DNA of 63,977 nucleotides, the filler included, from Chiloscyllium plagiosum (Eukaryota), in the NCBI RefSeq assembly GCF_004010195.1. It is 7 parts of one record of this genome, joined end to end, with 100 filler letters (N's around TTAATTAATTAA, not from the genome) between each part and the next. Parts side by side here need not be neighbours in the genome. Positions count along the whole stretch, not along the records: positions 1 to 17,630 come from NC_057717.1; positions 17,731 to 21,925 come from NC_057717.1; positions 22,026 to 28,071 come from NC_057717.1; 4 more parts are not named here. One strand, given 5' to 3'. The notes under the pieces are model-generated. The model was given only the letters and a program-made list of their open reading frames with translations. It was not told the DNA's origin and did no database searches. Below, in pieces: positions 12,502 to 23,173 of the stretch. Made by a program: the position numbers and the translations under genes. Numbering within the stretch: position 1 is the stretch's first letter; each line of letters starts with the position of its first letter.

Positions 12502-13228
12502 TGTCAGTCGTGTGAGAAACAAAGCTCACACGCTTCAATAATTGCAGTCCGAGACGAAATCTGAATCAGTAGTGTCCTTTATTTTACCCTTGCAAGAGGG
12601 TGTGATGTCCAGTATCTATAAGGCAAGGGACATACACACCCCAAATTCAATTAATACACAACATTTATATAATTTGGTTTCTTTTGTTTTTCATTGCTCC
12701 TCCCCTGTTTACATCTTCCACTTCCCTAAGACCGGCACTCATTACTTCTGTTTATCTCTTGCCTTATTCGGCCTTGTCTGTGACAAAATGCTTATTCTGG
12801 CCTCACAAGGCCGTTTGACCTCATCCCGCAGTAGGTCATTGTTAGGCATATTTTTTCTTCATCATTATCTGCTCCTTCCATCTGTACCTTCCCCTGATCC
12901 TTATGACCCTTTTAATTGGGGTTTGTTCCTGTGTTTCTGTAAAAGTGGGAAACAGATGTTTATACCTACTGTTTGTACAGGCGTATCTAGCTTAACCCCC
13001 TCCCCTCACAGCATCTTATTTATTTGCCTGTAATATCTACCATTGTTTTGCAGTCACGTTTCATTCTGGCATACAAGTTCAGCCATTAAAAGAACAATTA
13101 TGTATTTCCTCCACATAGATTCCATTCTTATTGACTCAGCTCTTGGCTAAAACAATAACAGACTGATGTGAGTTCATTTACTTTGTATAAGTAAATGGAA
13201 TTGCAGAAGTAACACTATTTTTCCCACA
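12502..13228 (-). mobile_element. Solo LTR of the ERV family at 39223-46008
   Basis: Reverse complement matches 45268-46008 (TGTGGG...CTGACA), including TATATAAA and AATAAA. Confidence 0.9.
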
Positions 13229-16200
13229 TTGGCCGCACTGTCAGGAGTTCAGTTCTGAGGAAGGGCCGCAGTGTCAGGAGTTTAGTACTGAGGGAGGGCC
13301 GCAATGTCAGGAGTTTAGTACTGAGGGAGGGCTGCACTGTCAGGAGTTTAGTACTGAGGGAGGGCCGCACTGTCAGGAGTTTAGGACTGAGAGAGGGCCG
13401 CAATGTCAGGAGTTTAGTTCTGAGGGAGGTCCGCAATATCAGGAGTTTAGTTCTGAGGGAGGGCCGCACTGTCAGGAGTTTAGTTCGGAGGGAGGGCCGC
13501 ACTGTCAGGAGATTAGTTCTGAGGGAGGGCCGCACTGTCAGGAGTTTAGTTCTGAGGGAGGGCCGCACTGTCAGGAGTTCAGTTCTGAGAGAGGGCCGCA
13601 CTGTCAGTTTAGATCTGATGGAGGGCCGCACTGTCAGGAGTTTAGTACTAAGGGAGCGCCGCACTGTCAGGAGTTTAGTTCTAAGGGAGGGCCGCACTGC
13701 CAGTAGTTCAGTAATGATGGCGGGCCGCACTGTCAGGAGTTTGGTACTGAGGGACGGCCGCACTGTCAGGAGTTTAGTTCTGAGGGAGGGCCGCACATTT
13801 AGGAGTTTCATTCTGTGGGAGGGCCGCCCTGTCAGGAGTTTAGCACTGAAGGAGGGCCGCACTGTCAGGAGTTTAGATCTTTGGGAGGGCCGCCCTGTCA
13901 GGGATTTAGTTCTGAGGGAGGGCCGCACTGTCAGGAGTTTGGTACTGAGGGAGGACTGCACTATCTGGAGTTTAGTTCTGAGGGACGGCCGCACTGTCAG
14001 GTGTTTAGTACTGAGGGAGGGATGCACTGTCATTTTTTAGTACTGAGGAAGGCCGCACTGTCAGTAGTTTAGTGTTAATGGAGGGCTGCACTGTCAGGGG
14101 TTTAGTTCTGAGGGAGGTCGACACTGTCAGGCGTTTAGTACTGAGGGAGATCCGCACTATCAGGAGTTTAGTTCTGAGGGAGAGCCGCACAATCAGGAGT
14201 TTAGTTCTGAGGGAGGGCCACACTGCCAGGAGTTTAGTTCTGAGGGAGGGCCGCACTGTCAGAAGTTTAGTACTGAGGGCGTGCCGCAGTGTCAGGACTT
14301 TAGTTCGGAGGGAGAGCCGCACAATCAGGCGTTTAGTTCTGAGGGAGGACCACACTGCCAAGAGTTTAGTTCTGAGGGAGGGCCACACTTTTAGGAGTTT
14401 AAATCTGTGGGAGGGCCGCCCTGTCAGGAGTTTAGTACTGAGGGGGAGCCGCCCTGTCAGGAGTTTAATTCTTTGGAGGGCTGCCCTGTCAGGAGTTTAG
14501 TTCTGAGGGAGGGCCGCACACTCGGGAGTTTGGTACTGAGGGAGGACTGCACTGTCAGGAGTTTAGTTCTGAGGGATGTCCGCACAGTCAGGTGTTTAGT
14601 ACTGAGGGAGGGATGCACTGTCAATTTTTAGTATTGTGGGAGGGCCGCACTCTCATGTGTTAGGTACTGAGGAAGGCCGCACCGTCAGGAGTTTAGTTCT
14701 GAGGGAGGGCCACACTGTCAGTAGTTTAGTTCTGAGGGAGGGCCGCACTGTCAGGAGTTTAGTACTGAGGGAGGGCCGCACTGTCAGGAGTTTAGTACTG
14801 ATGGAGGGCCGCACTGTCAGGAGTATAGTTCTGAGGGAGGGCCACACTGACAGGAGTTTAGTTCTGAGGGAGGGACGCAATGTCAGGAGTTTTGTTCTGA
14901 GGGAGGGCCAGACTTTCAGGAGTTTAGTTCTGAGGGAGGGCCGCACTGTCAGGAGTTTAGTTCTGAGGGAGGGCCGCACTGTCAGGAGTTTAGTACTGAT
15001 GGAGGGCCGCATTGTCAGTTTAGTATTGAGGGAGGACCATATTGTCAGGAGTTTATTTCTGAGGGACGGCCGCACTGTCAGGCGTTTAATTCTGAGGAAG
15101 GGCAGCACTGTCAGAAGTTTAGTTCTGAGGGAGAGCCGCGCTGTCAGGAGTTTAGTTCTGAGTCAGGGGCGCACTGTCAGGAGTTTAGTTCTGAGGGAGG
15201 GCCGCACTGTGAGGAGTTTAGTACTGAGGGCGTGCCGCAGTGTCAGGACTTTAGTTCGGAGGGAGAGCCGCACAATCAGGCGTTTAGTTCTGAGGGAGGA
15301 CCACACTGCCAAGAGTTTAGTTCTGAGGGAGGGCCACACTTTTAGGAGTTTAATTCTGTGGGAGGGCCGCCCTGTCAGGAGTTTAGTACTGAGGGGGAGC
15401 CGTTTTGTCAGGAGTTTAATTCTTTGGAGGGCTGCCCTGTCAGAAGTTTAGTTCTGAGGGAGGGCCTACACTCGGGAGTTTGGTACTGAGGGAGAACTGC
15501 ACTGTCAGGAGTTTAGTTCTGAGGGATGTCCGCACAGTCAGGTGTTTAGTACTGAGGGAGGGATGCACTGTCAATTTTTAGTACTGTGGGAGGGCCACAC
15601 TCTCATGTGTTAGGTACTGAGGAAGGCCGCACCGTCAGGAGTTTAGTTCTGAGGGAGGGCCACACTGTCAGTAGTTTAGTTCTGAGGGAGGGCCGCACTG
15701 TCAGGAGTTTAGTACTGAGGGAGGGCCGCACTGTCAGGAGTTTAGTACTGAGGGAGGACTGCACTGTCAGGACTTTAGTTCTTTGGAGGGCCGCACTTTT
15801 AGGAGTTTAGTGCTGAGAGAGGGCCGCACTGCCAAGAGATTAGTTCTGAGGGAGGGCCACACTGTCAGGAGTTTAGTTCTGAGGGAGGGCCACACTGTCA
15901 GGAGTTTAGTACTGATGGAGGGCCGCACTGTCAGAAGTATAGTTCTGAGGGAGGGCCACACTGTCAGGAGTTTAGTTCTGAGGGAGGGACGCAATGTCAG
16001 GAGTTTTGTTCTGAGGGAGGTCCACACTTTCAGGAGTTTAGTTCTGAGGGAGGGCCGCACTGTCAGGAGTTTAGTACTGAGGGAGGGCCGCACTGTCAGG
16101 AGTTTAGTACTGATGGCGGGCCGCATTGTCAGGAGTTTAGTATTGAGGGAGGACCAAATTGTCAGGAGTTTATTTCTGAGGGACGGCCGCACTGTCAGGC

Positions 16201-17630
16201 GTTTAGTTCTGAGGGTGGGCAGCACTGTCAGGAGTTTAGTTCTGAGGGAATGCCACACTGTCAGGAGTTTAGTTCTGAGGGAGGGCCGCACTGTCAGAAG
16301 TTTAGTATTGAGGGAGGACCATATTGTCAGGAGTTTATTTATGAGGGACGGCCGCACTGTCAGAAGTTTCGTTCTGAGGGAGGGCCGCACTGTCAGGAGT
16401 TTATTTCTGAGGGAAGGTCTCACTGTCAGGAGTTTAGTTCTGAGGGAGAGCCGCGCTGTCAGGAAATTAGTTCTGAGGGAGGGCCGCAATGTGAGGAGTT
16501 TAGTACTGAGGGAGGGCCGCACTGTCAGGAGTTTGGTACTGAGGGACGGCCACACTGTCAGGAGTTTAGTACTGATGGAGGGCCGCACTGTCAGGAGGTT
16601 AGTTCTGAGGGAGTGCCACACTGTCAGGAGATTAGTTCTGAGGGAGGACCGCCCTGTCAGGAGTTTAGATCTTTGGGAGGGGGGCCCTGTCAGGAGTTTA
16701 GTACTGAGGGAGGGCCACACTGTCAGGGGTTTTGTTCTGAGGGAGGGCCGCACTGTCAGGCGTTTAGTTCTTTGGAGAGCCGCACTTTTAGGAGTTTAGT
16801 TCTGAGGGAGGGGCGCACTGCCAAGAGATTAGATCTGAGGGAGGGCCATACTGTCAGGAGTTTAGTTCTGAGGGCGGGCCACATTGTCAGGAGTTTAGTA
16901 CTGATGGAGGGCCGCACTGTCAGGAGGTTAGTTCTGAGGGAGTGCCACACTGTCAGGAGATTAGTTCTGAGGGAGGACCGCCCTGTCAGGAGTTTAGATC
17001 TTTGGGAGGGGGGCCCTGTCAGGAGTTTAGTATTGAGGGAGGGCCACACTGTCAGGGGTTTTGTTCTGAGGGAGGGCCGCACTGTCAGAAGTTTAGTATT
17101 GAGGGAGGACCATATTGTCAGGAGTTTATTTATGAGGGACGGCCGCACTGTCAGAAGTTTCGTTCTGAGGGAGGGCCGCACTGTCAGGAGTTTAGTTCTG
17201 AGGGAATGCCACACTGTCAGGAGTTTAGTTCTGAGGGAATGCCACACTGTCAGGAGTTTAGTTCTGAGGGAATGCCACACTGTCAGGAGTTTAGTTCTGA
17301 GGGAATGCCACACTGTCAGGAGTTTAGTTCTGAGGGAATGCCACACTGTCAGGAGTTTAGTTCTGAGGGAATGCCACACTGTCAGGAGTTTAGTTCTGAG
17401 GGAGGGCCGCACTGTCAGGAGTTTAGTTCTGAGGGAGGGCCGCACTGTCAGGAGTTTAGTTCTGAGGGAGGGCCGCACTGTCAGGAGTTTAGTTCTGAGG
17501 GAGGGCCGCACTGTCAGGAGTTTAGTTCTGAGGGAGGGCCGCACTGTCAGGAGTTTAGTTCTGAGGGAGGGCCGCACTGTCAGGAGTTTAGTACTGAGGG
17601 AGGGCCGCACTGTCAGGAGTTTAGTACTGA
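13229..17630. repeat. 33-bp tandem satellite, consensus GAGGGAGGGCCGCACTGTCAGGAGTTTAGTTCT
   Basis: Directly visible 33-bp period, giving 11-aa periodic pseudo-ORFs on both strands. The array runs into the gap at 17631. Confidence 0.97.
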
Positions 17631-17730
17631 NNNNNNNNNNNNNNNNNNNNNNNNNNNNNNNNNNNNNNNNNNNNTTAATTAATTAANNNNNNNNNNNNNN
17701 NNNNNNNNNNNNNNNNNNNNNNNNNNNNNN

Positions 17731-18400
17731 GAGCTCTCTCTTTAGGTCTTTCCTGGCTACCTTGTCACCCTCAAGTGCCCTAACTGAGCCTTCACATCTC
17801 ATCCGAACATAAGCCTTCTTCTTCCGCTTGACCAGAGATTCCATTTCCTTCATAAACCACGGCTCCCGCGCTCTTCAGCTTCCTCCCTGCCTGACAGGTA
17901 CATACTTATCTAGGACACACAGGAGCTTTTCCTTGAATAACCTCCACATTTCTAAAGTGCCCATCCCCTGCAGTTTCCTTCCCTATCCTATGCTTCCTAA
18001 ATCTTACCTCGTCGCATCGAGATTGCTGTTCCCACAGTTATAAATCTTACCCAGTGGTATTCACCTATCCCTTGCTATCACTAAAGTAAACATAACAGAA
18101 TTGTGATCGCTATCACCAAAGTGCTTACCTCCTTCCAAGTCTAACACCTGGCCAGGCTCATTACCCAGGACCAAATCTAATGTGGCTTCGCCCCTTATTG
18201 GCCTGTCTACATACTGTGTCAGGATGCCCTCCTGCTCACACTGGACAAAAACTGACCCATCTATAGTAGTCGTACCATAGTGTTCCCAGTTAATATTTGG
18301 AAAGTTGAAGACCCACTTGACAACTACACTGCCTCTCTCACTCCTATCGAGAATCATCTTTGCTATCCTTTCCTCTACATCTCTGGAACTATTCGGAGGG
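17731..18400 (-). mobile_element. CR1 LINE fragment (APE endonuclease C-terminal region), inverted copy of ~35068-35735
   Basis: ORF 18061..18357-: FNFPNINW..LDLVLGNEPGQ..GDSDHNSV. Confidence 0.9.
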
Positions 18401-18974
18401 ATGGGCTATCAATGCTGGCCAGGCCAATGACACTCACGTCACACAAAATTAATAATTTTTAAAAAATGTCTGCAAGATTAAAACGGCTCCACACTGTCCG
18501 AACTGCCATCTTTCCCTCTTCTTATCGAGGAAGACAAAAGAATCTCACCTTACCTTTCTCATGTTCCACTTTCTCAGAAAAGCCCAGTATTCACCCCAGC
18601 CCTTACATATACCAACCAGCAGCACTGCCGCCACCAACACAGCATCCCCTCTCAAAATCTCTTGTCAGCAAATTTTTATTAACTGGTTACTTCAATTACA
18701 ATGCAACCTCTACAATCAGACTAAGTATCATTTAGGCGACAACAAATTTTCTAACAGTTTTTCACGATTTGTCTCCTTTTTTGGTTAGCAAGAGGGAGGT
18801 GGAAACACGACAGTAATGTCAGATATATGTAATACAGTGAGTCAGGAAAGCTAGTATGACTCATCTTGTCTCTTAGACACCGTAGAGTGAAGCAACACAT
18901 TCATTGCATAATAAACATAACATAACATTTCAACCCCACTCCCAACTGGCGTGACAGAAATGAAATGCAAATCG

Positions 18975-19360
18975 GTTGAACAGGTTGGGTTTCGTTCAGC
19001 TGGAGTTTGGGAGAGTGAGGCGTGACATCACTGAAGTGTCTAAGATCCTGAATGATTTGATGAGGAGGATGTGGAAAGGAAGTTTCCTCTTGTGGGCCAT
19101 TCTTGAACGAGAGGGAACTGCTTTAAAATTGTGTTCACCCTTTCAGGACAGATATGAGGAGATTTGATTCCAATAAGAGGGCAGTGCAACTTTGGTACTC
19201 TCTGCCCAGAAGGTGGGCTCATTGAGTATTTTAAGACACATATTGATAGATTCTTGTTAAGGGACTTTCGGGGGAGATGCAACACAATCACAAACAGATC
19301 AGGCCTTGTCTTATTGAATGGTGGAGCCGAATGGTCACCGTCTGCTTCTTTCTCACATGA
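18975..19360 (+). mobile_element. Degraded CR1 3' fragment (inverted copy ~33710-34490, spanning a gap)
   Basis: LGFVQLEFGRVRRDITEVSKILN resembles the CR1 C-terminal LGLxSLExRRxRGDLIExYKIL. Confidence 0.6.
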
Positions 19361-20089
19361 TCCCAGGACTGAGGGCTTTGTTTAAAATTCATTCACTGGA
19401 TGTAGGTGCCACTGGCTATGGGCAAAATTATTATCCAGAGGGCAGGTAAGAGCCAACCACATTGCTGTGGGTCAGGAGTCACATGTCGGCCAGATTAGGT
19501 CAAGATGGCAGCTTCCTTCCCTCAAGAACATCAGTGACCCAGATGGGTTTTTCCTGACAATCGAGAATAATTTCATCAATAGACTCATAATTCTAGATGA
19601 GTCTCTGGATTAACAGATCAGCAATGGTACCATGAGGCTGTTACGGAACTACAAAGGGAGAGTTTTAAGTGTGTAAACCAAATCCTTGATCAAACAGGTA
19701 GAAATTAAGGAGAGTCTATAGAATGGAGGAGAGTTGAAGGGAATGGGGGAAGAGAATTACCAAGTTTAGGTTCAAGGCAGCTGAATCTAAAGCCACCAAC
19801 AGGGGGGAGAATAAAATAAGAAACTGTCATGCAGCTAGAATTGGATAAGTGCAGATACCCCAGGGAGGTGTGGAATTACGCAGGGAGGATAGGGTGAAGG
19901 CACGGGTAGGTTTAAAAGCAGTGAACCAAATTTTAAAATGAACTCAGAAACTGCATGAATTTATGTAAAACTCTGTTATCTCACTATTTAGATTAGAATC
20001 AATCTAAACATCAGGTCATAGACAGAGAACACAGGGGCCAACACCTTCAACATATTGTCTAGCTGGGACTGTCCGCTTTCCCTTCCTGA

Positions 20090-21230
20090 TATGATCTCCC
20101 CAATATGACGTCCCAGTTCCATCTCTCTCTACCTTCGCAGTTGCACTCTCTGTACGTTAATTTTAAGCCTGGCCTGGCTAACCTGACCCAATACTCTGTT
20201 TAATATCTAGATATGTTCTTTCGCACCGACTGTGGTGATGAGGTGTTGGTAAGATCAATGTGACTAAATGCATCAGACACACATCGGTGGGATATACTGG
20301 AATATTGCGGGATCCCTGAGGTAATAGTATTCTGGTGGACTGTTCTCCTCGGTCAGTAAACACCACTTTCTTCTGCCATTCAATATCCACAGGTATGGAC
20401 CCAGACTATTTCCAGCTTCTGTCAATCTGTCACTGTCACAGTTACTGCCTCCTCACACCAGCTTTGATAAGATCCTGTTTGTGTGGGGAATGAGAGGGTC
20501 CTCAATCTGTACAGGGTCGATAGATAACAACACACTTTCCTGCTTGAGTTACGCACACCGCTGAGTGAGTCCGAGCTATAACCCACCAGATTTTCTGACT
20601 GTCCCAGTCTCCCTGCAATGTAGCTACTCCGGAGAGGTTGCCTCTCCTTTTCTTTCTGTCCCAATCCTGGCCGGAGCATCCCCATGTTTAAATTCGGGTG
20701 TTGATGTCAATAGTTTTAGAATAAATAGGAGCAACTCCCAGAATGGTCCCGTCTTGTGTTTCATACCTTCATATCTGAATACATTTTGTCATACTCCCAA
20801 TCTACATCGGGGCAGGTTTTCTTCATCCAACTTCCTAGGTTCCCTCTCCAATTGCTCTCATTTTAGTAATTGAACGGGTGAGGGGTAAATCCTTATCAAT
20901 AACTGACAAAGATGCTTCGGTATTAGCACCATTGGCCCCTGAACAGCGCGTCAATAAATATTCATGGGCTATTCATATACCTACGTGAACACAGGTCACA
21001 CACAATGTGAACACCTATCTCCCGCTCTCTGCCTATGTTCCTTGTCTAGGTGCCCTTTCCTGCTTTCCTTGTAACATTGTGGGTCTGATTACCCTCCCTG
21101 TACTGCAGCTATTCCCCTGTGTTTCTGAGTTTTCCTGAGCTCTCATGGCCCAATTCAGAATGTGGTTAGACTCCCACTAGGAGTCCCATGTTTATAATTA
21201 CATTTAAATGTGGTCCCAATTTAAATACAT
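20090..21230 (-). mobile_element. Degraded retroviral/LTR-element protease-RT relic, a different lineage from the main ERV
   Basis: Minus strand has a degenerate protease motif (NTEASLSVIDKD; NTGASLSVIDKD in the 30670-30711 copy, cf. DTGA). Further on are SIPVDIEWQKKVVFTDRGEQSTRILLPQGSRNIP and (frameshifted) AGLKINVQRVQL, resembling RT WSIPL..Q.KFAFT..G.QYTW..LPQGF.NSP and GLKVN..K.QL. Confidence 0.6.
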
Positions 21231-22447
21231 NNNNNNNNNNNNNNNNNNNNNNNNNNNNNNNNNNNNNNNNNNNNNNNNNNNNNNNNNNNNNNNNNNNNNN
21301 NNNNNNNNNNNNNNNNNNNNNNNNNNNNNNNNNNNNNNNNNNNNNNNNNNNNNNNNNNNNNNNNNNNNNNNNNNNNNNNNNNNNNNNNNNNNNNNNNNNN
21401 NNNNNNNNNNNNNNNNNNNNNNNNNNNNNNNNNNNNNNNNNNNNNNNNNNNNNNNNNNNNNNNNNNNNNNNNNNNNNNNNNNNNNNNNNNNNNNNNNNNN
21501 NNNNNNNNNNNNNNNNNNNNNNNNNNNNNNNNNNNNNNNNNNNNNNNNNNNNNNNNNNNNNNNNNNNNNNNNNNNNNNNNNNNNNNNNNNNNNNNNNNNN
21601 NNNNNNNNNNNNNNNNNNNNNNNNNNNNNNNNNNNNNNNNNNNNNNNNNNNNNNNNNNNNNNNNNNNNNNNNNNNNNNNNNNNNNNNNNNNNNNNNNNNN
21701 NNNNNNNNNNNNNNNNNNNNNNNNNNNNNNACCACACTATCTGCAAACCTTCGGTGCCAGCAGAAAGCAGCCACTACAGCTTCAATCAGCGGCTTCCTGC
21801 TCAGCCCTGGGACACAGCTCAGAGAAACCCCTTCCTCAGCAACGGCCCTTCCCGTGTGAATGGAGCAAACAATCCAGTCCAGTTTGTAAACAGCTTCAGA
21901 AAATTGGAAGATTGTTCCTGTTCATNNNNNNNNNNNNNNNNNNNNNNNNNNNNNNNNNNNNNNNNNNNNTTAATTAATTAANNNNNNNNNNNNNNNNNNN
22001 NNNNNNNNNNNNNNNNNNNNNNNNNAGTTGGGGTGGGGCAGGATTGTGAGGTTTCATTGTGGGACAGAAGTGATCTGGTTGAACGGGGAAGTCAAATGTC
22101 CACAGAGCAAAGTGAGTGGATCAGTCCAGGATCACTCTCCCATCTTCTGTTTATGTACCAACAAAAGACATTGATGTAAAATCTCAGCAGGTCTGGGAGT
22201 ATATTGGAAAGCAAAACAGTGTTAAGACCTCGGGACCAGTGACACTTCTAGTTCGATGGCCATCTCCCTGTGCCTTTCTGCACACGTCTTTTTATTGAAT
22301 ATTTCCTGACTTCCAACTTTATAATCAGCTTCTCTTTTGTTACTTCCTCTCCAAACATTTTCTATCATGCTAATAACCCCGGACAACATCGATCTACTCG
22401 AAAGAGCAAGGTAGTGCATTCAGCAGCTGCCAGTTTCAGCCTGCCAA

Positions 22448-23173
22448 TGTCAGTCGTGTGATAAAACAAAGCTCACACACTTCAATAATTGCAGTCCGAG
22501 ACGAAATCTGAATCAGTAGTGTCCTTTATTTTACCCTTGCAAGAGGGTGTAATGTCCAGTATCTATAAGGCAAGGGACATACACACCCCAAATTCAATTA
22601 ATACACAACATTTATATAATTTGGTTGCTTTTGTTTTTCATTGCTCCTCCCCTGTTTACATCTTCCACTTCCCTAAGACCGGCACTCATTACTTCTGTTT
22701 ATCTCTTGCCTTATCCGGCCTTGACTGTGACAAAATACTTATTCTGGCCTCACAAGGCCGTTTGACCTCATCCCGCAGTAGGTCATTGTTAGGCATATTT
22801 TTTCTTCATCATTATCTACTCCTTCCATCTGTACCTTCCCCTGATCCTTATGACCCTTTTAATTGGGGTTTGTTCCTGTGTTTCTGTAAAAGTGGGAAAC
22901 AGATGTTTATACCTACTGTTTGTACAGGCGTATCTAGCTTAACTCCATCCCCTCACAGCATCTTATTTATTCGCCTGTAATATCTACCATTGTTTTGCAG
23001 TCACGTTTCATTCTGGCATACAAGTTTAGCCATTACAAGAACAACTATGTATTTCCTCCACAGATTCCATTCTTATTGACTCAGCTCTTGGCTAAAACAA
23101 TAACAGACTGATGTGAGTTCATTTACTTTGTATAAGTAAATGGAATTGCAGAAGTAACACTATTTTTACCACA
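22448..23173 (-). mobile_element. Solo LTR, second copy
   Basis: Near-identical to 12502-13228 with the same flanks. Confidence 0.9.

Larger units (their letters stand above)
1..19941 (+). repeat. Left arm of a large inverted segmental duplication (partner ~33135-56443)
   Basis: Base 1 onward (ttcatttgaattttagcaagcaatcaataagggg) is the reverse complement of ~56410-56443 (ccccttatcgattgcttgctaaaattcaaatgaa). Colinear anchors: 6013-6094 with 49871-49952, ~9350 with 48831, ~12500 with ~46010, ~18400 with ~35060, 19941 with ~33135. Near-identical ORF pairs lie on opposite strands (e.g. 402..659- and 55784..56041+). Identity looks like roughly 90% by eye, not computed. Confidence 0.95.

Noticed and set aside
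12542..13033. 163-aa ORF repeated at 22489..22980, with partial versions at 39425 and 45470
   Set aside because: Antisense to the LTR. The recurrence reflects LTR copies, and the frame and start are not conserved among them.
13229..17630. CRISPR-like regular repeats
   Set aside because: Head-to-tail tandem units with no unique spacers, no cas genes, and a eukaryotic context.
17675..17686. TTAATTAATTAA palindrome embedded in N runs (also ~21970, ~28116, ~43035, ~48876, ~60883)
   Set aside because: Always centred in a 100-nt gap and encodes stops in all six frames, so it is an assembly spacer, not biology.
13215..17686. Long ORFs (up to 478 aa) with 11-aa repeats on both strands; also 23240-27730 and 37575-39280
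   Set aside because: By-product of a 33-bp stop-poor satellite. Overlapping frames on both strands and no domain content.
21166..21981. ORFs spanning N runs (also 30583-31386 and 33691-34591)
   Set aside because: Artefacts of translating gaps.
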